This document shows positions 48,301 to 55,734 of a DNA stretch of 64,000 nucleotides, one piece after another. Source of the DNA: Patescibacteria group bacterium (GTDB lineage: Bacteria; Patescibacteriota; Microgenomatia; UBA8517); contig DAITMO010000001.1 in assembly GCA_036835125.1 (NCBI GenBank), positions 702,216-766,215 on the forward strand, given 5' to 3'. Position numbers and translations under genes: made by a program. Within the stretch, counting starts at the first letter, position 1. Each line of letters starts with the position of its first letter. A model generated the notes under the pieces. It searched no databases, was not told the origin of the DNA, and worked only from the letters and a program-made list of their open reading frames with translations.

Positions 48301-51300
48301 TCTACAACATCAGAAATGATGCTGGAACAGAAATAAGCAACTCAGGATCATCAATACCTATTGGGCAATGGTCTCATGTTGTTTTAACAAAAAGTGGTTC
48401 AACATATTCACTCTTTGTCAACGGAAAGATGACATCTTTTACTAGTACAACTCCATCAGCACCATATACATTCAATACATCAACAATTGGTCTATACAAT
48501 CGTTTGTCTCCTGCTAATTATTTCAATGGTACCATTGATTCCACCCGTATTTATAACCGTGCCCTCACTACCACTGAAATTCTTAGTAACTACAACTCCT
48601 CCCGTATTGAACTCCAAACCAGAGTTGGTGCCTCAACCGATCCTAACGATGGAACGTGGGAAGCATGGCGCCCAACAACTTCTGAAACAGTAATTGATAA
48701 TATGGACAACCCTCTTGATTGGGCCACTCCTTCTGCAACAATTTGGTCGGCAGGAGCTCTTGTTGCAACCTCTTCTTCCACTTTTCCTTTAGCAGAAGGA
48801 ACAAAAAGTATGAAGGTCCAAACTGGACAAAACACTTCCATGACTAGTGTTGTTGGTATGTGGCACCTGGATGAAACCGGAGGAACTGGAGCATATTTGA
48901 AGGATTCAACAGCAAATGCAAATAACGGCACTCCGACAGGGACTACCATTGTCAATGGAATTTCTAATAAAGCCAGAAAGTTTACCGGTGCAACTAATTA
49001 TGTTCATATCGGAAGTACTGCTCTACTTGCTAATTCATCAACTAATTCAATTGAAGCTTGGGTATATTTGACCACCACTGGAGTTAATCAATCTATTTAC
49101 GGTGAAGGTAATTCTGCTGGAGCACATTACTATTTTTTGTATGTGACCAGTGGTAACGTTGCTAGATTTGATATGAGTAACGGAACACAATGTAATGCTG
49201 TTGGTTCTACGACACTTGCTGCTAATAAATGGTATCACCTCGCTGGTGTTAGAAATGCAGGAAATTGTTACGTTTATGTCAACGGCGTCCAAGACGGGAC
49301 AGGAGCGGGAAATCCTGGTGCCTTTACATTAAACTCTGTTGATATCGGAGATTTATCGAATAATGGTTCCCATTTTTATTTTAATGGATACATCGACGAA
49401 GTACGTGGTAGTAATATTGCTCGTTCTGCCGAAGAAATTGCAGAAAGTTACCGTATGGGCAGAGACCATAGAATAAGTAAGACTGTTTCTTCAACAGATT
49501 TATCCTCCTCCACCAAACTCCCCTTCTATGTTGCGAGCGACCGCTTGGGAACTTTTATGCAAATGACATATGGAGAGTCTAATTTTGCAAACTATGAATC
49601 TGACGCCTATACATCTGGCTTTTGGCACATGGATGAACAATCGGGTTCAGGTGCCTATATAAAAGATGCCTCAGGTACAGGAAACAATGGAACACTAACT
49701 GGAACAACGTTTACGCAGGGACAAATTGGAAAAGGAAGATATTTTAATGGTACAAGCAGTGACTATTTAACTGTTCCAAATACTCTTGATACTCCACTAA
49801 AAACAGGAACTTTCAGTGTAAGTGGTTGGGTTAAAGCCTCAGCTTTTACAAACGAGGTAGTTTTGATAAACAGAGGCATTGTATCGTCTGGAGGCAATTA
49901 CTATGGAATGGGGCTGTATTTTACAAGTACCGGATTAACGTTTAATAGATATATTGGAAATACAACAACCACCGCTGTTACTTATTCTTTTACTCCAACT
50001 GTTGGTACGTGGTATTTTGCTGCAGTAACTTATGATGTAAGTACAGGAGCTACAAATCTATATCTTAATGGGCAACTTGTTGCGTCAGGCACCCTATCGA
50101 CCAGCAATGTCTCCTATCATGCAAGCTACGATCTGGGGTATGCCATAGGAGCCTTGAGAAGAAATATTTCTGACAGATATTCAAACGCAATTATAGACGA
50201 AGTTCGTATTGATAATACCGTCCGTACTGCTGACCAAATCCGCCAAGCATATGAAGTAGGAAAAAGAACCCACAACATAACAATTGATTTTAAAGCAAAA
50301 CTAGATTCAGGAAATTTAATTGCTGACTCTTCAGATAAAAGCTTCATTGTTGATGAAACTGCCTATGGCTCCACCTACATGGCAAGCCATTTATTCTTGG
50401 GAGATAAAATTATTGTTAAAGAAAACTATGATGGAACAGAATATATAGCTCAAGGAACAGTGAGTGCTGTAAACATGACTACAGGAGCAGTTAGTGTGAC
50501 TTCCTGGGATACAGGAAGTACTTTCCCTTCAGGGGGATTCACGGTAAACGCAACAGTATTTAAATGGCAAAGAGAATATGTGAGCTTGACAGGTTCACTT
50601 TCTACTCATAGGGATGCTGTAACAAAGCTTACTTATAAAATAAACGATGGATCTATCGGAGCAAACATCTGGCTTGATGACTTGCGAAGCACAACCGGAT
50701 ATTTAGATACACCAGAAGGCTCTACTATTACATCTTCAATTGGAAATAGATATTTCCAATATCGAGCAATCATTGATTCCAGTGATCCTGCAGTTTCTGC
50801 CTCACTAACATCAGTAACACTAGATTATGTAAGTAACTCTGCACCAAACACCCCAACACTTGATAGCCCATCAGATACAGCAACAAACCAAAGTCTAACT
50901 CCACAATTAAAGACCACAACAACTGACAGTGATTCTGATTATGTACGATATAAAATATTACTATGTAAAGATTCTGATATGAGTGTCTCATGTCAAACAT
51001 TTGATCAAACTAGCTCTCAAACAGGATGGAGTGGGCAAAACACTGAAAGTAACACTGCTTATACTTCTGGAACACAAGCTACATATACTATACAAAGTGC
51101 TCTCGATACAGGTACAACGTATTATTGGAAATCATATTCAATTGACCCTGCAGGAATAAATATGTGGAGTTCGACTCAGAGCTCACCATATTCTTTTGCA
51201 ACAACTCGCGCCCCTTCTGCCCCAACTTCCCCAGAAACCCAGGGGCAAACAAATCCAACAGGACTAACAACCACCACACCATACTTTTCAGCAATTCATA

Positions 51301-52262
51301 ACGATTTAGATGGAGATAGTGCAAATTACTACCAAATACTAGTCAACACAGCTTCAGATTTTTCTGGAACATCTATGTGGGATAGTGGAAAAACTGGTAT
51401 GACGACAACAACAAACACTTCAAGATCCCCAAATCTTACATATGCAGGAAATTCTCTTTCCTTGGGCCAAACATATTATTGGAAAATAAAATTCTGGGAT
51501 ACAATCGGAGTTGAGGGAGAGTATTCTAACACTGCTCAATTTTCTCTAAATGGAGTCCCTGATATTCCAACTCTTGATTTGCCAACAAACGGAGCAACAG
51601 GACAAATTTTTGTTCCAGTTCTTAAAACAACAACATCAGATGACGATTCTGACTATCTAAGATATAAAATCCAGATTTGTTCAAACATAGGAATGACTAC
51701 TGATTGTCAAACATTTGATCAAACTAGCTCTCAAACAGGCTGGAGTGGGCAAAACACTGAAAGTAACACTGCTTATACTTCTGGAACACAAGCTACATAT
51801 ACTATACAAAGTGCACTCGAAGTGGGAACAACTTATTTTTGGAGATCATATGCAACAGATCCTGGTGGAACTAATACTTGGAGTTCTACTCAATCCTCAC
51901 CATATAGTTTTTCAACACTTACTGCTCCTATTGCCGCTTCTCAGTGTCGTATATTGGAAAGCAGGGATGATAGCAGCTTAACTTTAGTTTGGACAGACAA
52001 TGCTACAAATGAAGATTATTATGAAGTTCAAAGATCAGTTGATGGGGGTGCGTTTGCCGTACTTGAAACTGCAATCGCTGCAAATACAACAAGTAATGTA
52101 GACACTTCTGTGTCTGATGGTCACACTTATCAATATAAAGTGGCTCCTTATTTTTCTACTGGACCAGCCTATTCATCGTGGTGTACAACTTCTACTCTTA
52201 ATTTACAACTTGGAACATTTTCCATCAAAGGACTTGATTTGAAAGGATTAATATTAAGATGA
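45306..52262 (+). CDS. Giant (2318 aa) membrane-anchored surface protein: basic cytoplasmic N-terminus, TM, Gly-rich block, four LamG/ConA-like lectin domains, FN3-like modules
   Basis: Uninterrupted 7.0 kb ORF starting 3 nt after the upstream stop; TM IAITITAIPVAVIWGLLLY; (GGN)n block nt 46474-47150; four LamG-like repeats each starting G[LMF]WH[ML][ND]E[TQ][SG]G and ending with an I[DS]E[FV][KR]I-type strand; three FN3-like modules with a conserved Cys pair; classic FN3 at the C-terminus. Confidence 0.85.
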   Translation: MSRIDLGNHISTYLKLVIKMTTSKLSKIVRKINYYIKYFVVNSHILSRKAKRKLNHIPPLSKLPQTIKEELIVFFKKFTIFVKKLPKFIRNFPPLVKRKVPTYIKLIKKHKNGIAITITAIPVAVIWGLLLYKWITTPQPAIVTNSKNSDYHFQGKSKLYKFSIGDTKTNEPKVEFSLSKEGNKKIIFYPASGNTGRDKPEEKGNKITFKDVYGNTDIVYTPIKNGIKEEIIVKKPNEYHVYPFFLELEGVNINPTFNISNGVFYDSDGNYLFNFEKPFAIDAKGNRTDNVGISIKTDSNSGKLVALLTVDKNWISDPARTYPITIDPTIVHDTNAELDTGQLNRILSKTAPTSPATGGTITYKDGYTIHTFTSSGTFTPTTSMNVEILVVGGGGGGNDGSGGGGGGGGGGVVYQPLYAVTAQEYTVTVGDGGARNTSGNNSVFDTITAVGGGKGGGYAAAGSAGGSGGGSGRDTTSAAGGSGTAGQGYNGGRATAASYGSAGGGGGAGQVGYNGGTDSGTLSGTYSRGGDGIGYSISGTITYYGGGGGGSWHSGTVMSSGGLGGGGKGGGYLNSGGYNGTAGTANTGGGGGAADSRSGTAGAGGSGIIIIRYPTFPTLETYYQELSTDPYTVGLWHMNETSGTTTVSDSSGNSNTGTSVSSTNVTTGVLGNSRSFNGSSDSISTSLNGLPSSTNTVTVEFWAYMASGLTNYQAIQASADDVANRFNIHLNWGGTTYWDFGAYDGGGRLTATCDSSLLNKWVHWAFVSEGGVGQKIYINGVLVASDNTTSTFTKGAKTLYIGRDTTTNFFKGMIDEFKISNNARTPEEIKLNASRRPYSTYTSDVIDLTNVASWNSLYWNGLGFTTADGETATASATSSLVAQWNFNETSGTTAASGGTCGTSCNGTLTSFASTGSQDAAAGTGWTSNNKRWGAGALMFDGSNDYMSVSSSGIIDPTSEYTIESWIKPTSTGPYTIYGQGNTGNNTVMLVLNVYNGNLFYNIRNDAGTEISNSGSSIPIGQWSHVVLTKSGSTYSLFVNGKMTSFTSTTPSAPYTFNTSTIGLYNRLSPANYFNGTIDSTRIYNRALTTTEILSNYNSSRIELQTRVGASTDPNDGTWEAWRPTTSETVIDNMDNPLDWATPSATIWSAGALVATSSSTFPLAEGTKSMKVQTGQNTSMTSVVGMWHLDETGGTGAYLKDSTANANNGTPTGTTIVNGISNKARKFTGATNYVHIGSTALLANSSTNSIEAWVYLTTTGVNQSIYGEGNSAGAHYYFLYVTSGNVARFDMSNGTQCNAVGSTTLAANKWYHLAGVRNAGNCYVYVNGVQDGTGAGNPGAFTLNSVDIGDLSNNGSHFYFNGYIDEVRGSNIARSAEEIAESYRMGRDHRISKTVSSTDLSSSTKLPFYVASDRLGTFMQMTYGESNFANYESDAYTSGFWHMDEQSGSGAYIKDASGTGNNGTLTGTTFTQGQIGKGRYFNGTSSDYLTVPNTLDTPLKTGTFSVSGWVKASAFTNEVVLINRGIVSSGGNYYGMGLYFTSTGLTFNRYIGNTTTTAVTYSFTPTVGTWYFAAVTYDVSTGATNLYLNGQLVASGTLSTSNVSYHASYDLGYAIGALRRNISDRYSNAIIDEVRIDNTVRTADQIRQAYEVGKRTHNITIDFKAKLDSGNLIADSSDKSFIVDETAYGSTYMASHLFLGDKIIVKENYDGTEYIAQGTVSAVNMTTGAVSVTSWDTGSTFPSGGFTVNATVFKWQREYVSLTGSLSTHRDAVTKLTYKINDGSIGANIWLDDLRSTTGYLDTPEGSTITSSIGNRYFQYRAIIDSSDPAVSASLTSVTLDYVSNSAPNTPTLDSPSDTATNQSLTPQLKTTTTDSDSDYVRYKILLCKDSDMSVSCQTFDQTSSQTGWSGQNTESNTAYTSGTQATYTIQSALDTGTTYYWKSYSIDPAGINMWSSTQSSPYSFATTRAPSAPTSPETQGQTNPTGLTTTTPYFSAIHNDLDGDSANYYQILVNTASDFSGTSMWDSGKTGMTTTTNTSRSPNLTYAGNSLSLGQTYYWKIKFWDTIGVEGEYSNTAQFSLNGVPDIPTLDLPTNGATGQIFVPVLKTTTSDDDSDYLRYKIQICSNIGMTTDCQTFDQTSSQTGWSGQNTESNTAYTSGTQATYTIQSALEVGTTYFWRSYATDPGGTNTWSSTQSSPYSFSTLTAPIAASQCRILESRDDSSLTLVWTDNATNEDYYEVQRSVDGGAFAVLETAIAANTTSNVDTSVSDGHTYQYKVAPYFSTGPAYSSWCTTSTLNLQLGTFSIKGLDLKGLILR
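50994..51102 (+). repeat. 109-nt near-identical intragenic direct repeat, copy 1 (second copy at 51708-51816)
   Basis: caaacatttgatcaaactagctctcaaacagg[a/c]tggagtgggcaaaacactgaaagtaacactgcttatacttctggaacacaagctacatatactatacaaagtgc; a single mismatch over about 109 nt; a more diverged third copy at about 45016 in the upstream gene. Confidence 0.8.
51708..51816 (+). repeat. 109-nt near-identical intragenic direct repeat, copy 2
   Basis: See copy 1; 714 nt (238 codons, in frame) apart. Confidence 0.8.
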
Positions 52263-52334
52263 TGCTGTATGATCTCATTGACACTAAATTTTTCACAATC
52301 GATACTGTATAGATAGTATTGTTAGTTTTTTGAT

Positions 52335-54278
52335 ATGCAAAAAGCTCTAGACAAAATACAAAAATTTATAATTATCTTGGGAGTTGTTTTATTCCCTGTT
52401 TTTATACTTCCAGGATTTTCTTCACCATACTTTGTTCCAAAAGAGATATTTCTTGCCGGAATTGTGTCTATTGCTTTAATTGCCGGACTTCTTAAATCTA
52501 TTATTAATGGTGAAATAAAATTCTCATACGGTAAGTTTGATTTTGCATTAACTCTACTAACTCTGGTTTATATACTTTCTGCCATTATCAAAACTCCCAA
52601 TAAAATGGAGGCATTTTTTTACCCAGGCACAGCTACTTTTGCAATACTTGCATTAGTTTTATATTTACTTATTAATCAGTTTACAAAGTATAGTAAAAGG
52701 AACACTTTAGTAGCAGTCTTTGTGTCTGGAATTCTTCTTTCCATATTTATGCTCTTTACAGAACTTAAAGTCTTTTCTTTCATCCCCCAACTACCAAGTT
52801 TTATGAGTAGTATTAATTTCAATTCAATGGGTTCTACTATTGGTTCTATTGTTTTTCTATTAGCAGTACTTTCTATTGGAATTATCTATGTTATTAAAGA
52901 AAAAGATATCGTCAAAAAAGTATTTTTTAGTATTTCCAGCTTGATAATAGTTGCAACAATAGTACTAACAGGAACCAAACTATTTACTCAAAAATCTCAG
53001 GAATTAATACTCCCCTCTTGGCAAACAAGTTGGATAATAACAATAGAATCGTTTAAAAACAGTCCCATATTCGGAGTTGGGCCAGGTAACTATATTACAG
53101 CTTTTAACATATATAGACCTCTCTCATACAACCAAACAGATTTATGGCAAACAAAATTCTCAAGCGCAAACAATTTCTATTTCACTCTATTTACAGAACT
53201 TGGTTTAGCAGGCACTATTGCTATTATCATTCTTTTAATTGCAGTTTATAGAAAAATATCCTTTGATATGACAAAAAAGAAGTCTAATTGGGAAATAGTT
53301 TCTTTAATCATCCTTCTTTTAGCACTTTTTTTCATACCAATAGCACCAGCTCTTTTGGTTCTATTAATGATTCTTCTTTCAATTTTCTCAAGTTCTGAAG
53401 AGAAGTATGTTGTAATTGCAACAAATAAAATATCCTCTCTTATTGTTTCTGCTCCTGTCATTATTGCAATAATTCTAACAGCATTCTTTGGAGCCAAGGC
53501 AGTTGCTGCAGAAATGAATTATAAGAAATCCCTTGATGCACTAACCAAAAATGATGCCAGAGGAACATATGATTATATGACCAAGGCTGCTACCCAAAAC
53601 CCATACGTTGACCGCTATCGCGCTTCGCTTGCTCAAGTTAACCTTGCTCTGGCAAATTCTATAGCAACCAAAGAAGAACTTACAGATATTGACCGCTCAA
53701 CTATAAGCCAACTTGTTCAACAAGCAATATCTGAAGGGAAAGCAGCAGTTACCTTAAATATTGGAAGGTCTGCTAATTGGGAAATTTTGGCACAAATCTA
53801 TAGAAGTATTCTTGCTTTTGCTCAAGGAGCTGATCAGTTTGCAATCCAAACTTTTTCCCAAGCCGTGGCATTAGACCCAATAAATCCTGAACTTAGAGTT
53901 TCTCTTGGTGGTGTCTATTATGCTTTGGGAGACTATGACAATGCCATAACTTCTTTTCAACTCGCTGTTGCTGCAAAGAATAACCTTGCCAATGCGCATT
54001 ACAATTTAGCTGCAGCCTATGCAGCCAAGAAAGACTATGATAAAGCAATAAAAGAGATGAATACTGTTCTTTCTTTAGTAGATGAAAACTCTGAAGATTA
54101 TAAAACTGCACAAACAACTTTATTAGAATACCAAACACAAAAACCTGTAAATACAGAAAATCAGATTTCTGAAAATTCTTCTGCTACCTTGACCCAACCA
54201 GAAACAGTTGAGGAACCTATAATCAAACCACCAATTGAGCTACCTGAGGAAGCTACCCCACCCGCTGTTACTGAATAA
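52335..54278 (+). CDS. O-antigen ligase (Wzy_C) family membrane protein with C-terminal TPR repeats; candidate O-oligosaccharyltransferase
   Basis: 647 aa; about 10-12 TM with a large periplasmic loop (Wzy_C-like, NSPIFGVGPGNY); C-terminal TPR-like repeats (AHYNLAAAYAAKKDYDKAIKEM). Confidence 0.65.
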   Translation: MQKALDKIQKFIIILGVVLFPVFILPGFSSPYFVPKEIFLAGIVSIALIAGLLKSIINGEIKFSYGKFDFALTLLTLVYILSAIIKTPNKMEAFFYPGTATFAILALVLYLLINQFTKYSKRNTLVAVFVSGILLSIFMLFTELKVFSFIPQLPSFMSSINFNSMGSTIGSIVFLLAVLSIGIIYVIKEKDIVKKVFFSISSLIIVATIVLTGTKLFTQKSQELILPSWQTSWIITIESFKNSPIFGVGPGNYITAFNIYRPLSYNQTDLWQTKFSSANNFYFTLFTELGLAGTIAIIILLIAVYRKISFDMTKKKSNWEIVSLIILLLALFFIPIAPALLVLLMILLSIFSSSEEKYVVIATNKISSLIVSAPVIIAIILTAFFGAKAVAAEMNYKKSLDALTKNDARGTYDYMTKAATQNPYVDRYRASLAQVNLALANSIATKEELTDIDRSTISQLVQQAISEGKAAVTLNIGRSANWEILAQIYRSILAFAQGADQFAIQTFSQAVALDPINPELRVSLGGVYYALGDYDNAITSFQLAVAAKNNLANAHYNLAAAYAAKKDYDKAIKEMNTVLSLVDENSEDYKTAQTTLLEYQTQKPVNTENQISENSSATLTQPETVEEPIIKPPIELPEEATPPAVTE

Positions 54279-54327
54279 AAGATCTTCTTCCTGAAATGCT
54301 ATAATTCTGTAACCAAGGGTAACTTAT

Positions 54328-54398
54328 GGGCTGTTAGTACAGTGGTAATATACCTCATTCGCATTGAGGAGACGCCGGTTCGATTCCGACACAGTCCA
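54328..54398 (+). tRNA. tRNA-Ala (anticodon CGC)
   Basis: Acceptor GGGCTGT/ACAGTCC with G3:U70 Ala identity pair, anticodon stem CCTCA/TGAGG with loop TTCGCAT, T loop TTCGATT, discriminator A; one C-A mismatch in the T stem; CCA not encoded. Confidence 0.7.
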
Positions 54399-54515
54399 CT
54401 ATTCAATTTCTTTAATCAATACCTATATACAATACTAAAAATAGTAAGTATTAATTGGTAACAAGATGTATTTTTGAAGAAATATGTACGACAACACTAC
54501 AAAGAGGAATTTTTA

Positions 54516-55607
54516 TTACCTCAAATAGCTCAAAGGGTTAACCCTCACCCCATTTAGATATATTTCAAAGTGTAAATGTGGTCCAGTTGAACGGCCTGTT
54601 GAACCCATTCTCCCTATTGCCTGCCCTCTTCCGATGGTTTGACCTGATATAACCATTATCTGAGAAAGATGTCCATAGCGTGTTCTATAACCGTTTCCAT
54701 GATCAATCATTACCATGTTTCCATATCCAGTTGTATCCCAGCCTGCATAGACAACTCTCCCTGAATCTGCAGCAACAATTGTTGGAAGAGAACGATTCGC
54801 AATATCGATTCCAGGGTGGTACCAAGAGAAATATTGAGAGAGCGTTCCTTGTGCGGGCCAGACAAATATTCCAGATGCACTAACCGCTCCAGCACTTGGA
54901 GTCATTTGACGAACTCTAGATGTTGTAGTCGCAGTAGGCATAACTCCATCAGGAACAATTACAGTTTGACCTATTGCTAACTCAAACGTTTCGTCGTTTG
55001 TAAAAGTATTGAAAGGAAAATCGATTATGGCTTGAGCTTCAGAATCATACTTTTTGGCAATTGAATAAACAGTGTCTCCCTTAATAACTGTATGAGCAAC
55101 ACCAGTAACAGGAAGTATTTTCAAAGTCTGACCAATTTTAATTTTATCTCCACTAAGATTATTTGCCCATCGTATTGTTTCTAATGATATTCCAAATTTA
55201 TTAGCAATTGTAGCAACTGTATCTCCACTTTGTACTTTATATTCAACAACGCTGTCTCGTACCTTGTTTGAAACCAGAGTACCAATTCCAGGATCCTCTG
55301 TTGAGGCCGAAACTATACCAGGTGCCGCTGAAATCGCCCAAGGATTAAGAGACTTGCCAGGAAACTCCTGTGCTAATAAAGGAGCCAACATTACACCTAA
55401 TGCCGCAATAGCTGCCATTCCGGAGTGACTCAATGTTCTTGAAAGCTTTCCTCTTTTTCTATAAAGAGCTGTCACAACAATTCCTTTTCTTTCTTCAATC
55501 TTTAAAAAACTAATATGAAGACTTTTCAATATAAAGTTTCCTAATTCAAAAAAGAAAGTTTTTAACTCTTCCCAAATATCTATAAATATTTCAAAGTTTT
55601 TTTCCAT
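54516..55607 (-). CDS. LysM-domain M23 family metallopeptidase (peptidoglycan hydrolase)
   Basis: 363 aa; two LysM repeats (YKVQSGDTVATIANKFGISLETI, HTVIKGDTVYSIAKKY), C-terminal M23 motifs HPGIDIA and GPHLHFEI. Confidence 0.85.
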   Translation of the reverse strand: MEKNFEIFIDIWEELKTFFFELGNFILKSLHISFLKIEERKGIVVTALYRKRGKLSRTLSHSGMAAIAALGVMLAPLLAQEFPGKSLNPWAISAAPGIVSASTEDPGIGTLVSNKVRDSVVEYKVQSGDTVATIANKFGISLETIRWANNLSGDKIKIGQTLKILPVTGVAHTVIKGDTVYSIAKKYDSEAQAIIDFPFNTFTNDETFELAIGQTVIVPDGVMPTATTTSRVRQMTPSAGAVSASGIFVWPAQGTLSQYFSWYHPGIDIANRSLPTIVAADSGRVVYAGWDTTGYGNMVMIDHGNGYRTRYGHLSQIMVISGQTIGRGQAIGRMGSTGRSTGPHLHFEIYLNGVRVNPLSYLR

Positions 55608-55734
55608 AACAAACAGGTTTAGCTAAGTCTTGATGATAACCTATGAAAAGTACCGAATCAAATTTAGGTGGGGTTCACAAAATGTACCCTTTTGAAAGAT
55701 ATTGAATACTCTCAACCTTCTGTCATAATAAATT

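Noticed and set aside
45016-51816. Diversity-generating retroelement (template/variable repeat pair) as the explanation for the near-identical 109-nt repeats
   Set aside because: No reverse-transcriptase ORF in the window, the single difference between copies is not an adenine-specific substitution pattern across many sites, and both copies are internal to FN3-like modules rather than C-terminal C-type-lectin variable regions
33172-52262. Dozens of 60-134-aa ORFs on the opposite strand or in alternative frames inside the two giant genes (for example 36747-37151, 39563-39886, 46474-46929, 48590-48955)
   Set aside because: Shadow ORFs are generated by the repetitive, Gly-codon-rich (GGN/NCC on the reverse strand) sequence of an uninterrupted long coding frame; the 9.7 kb and 7.0 kb frames are far more parsimonious
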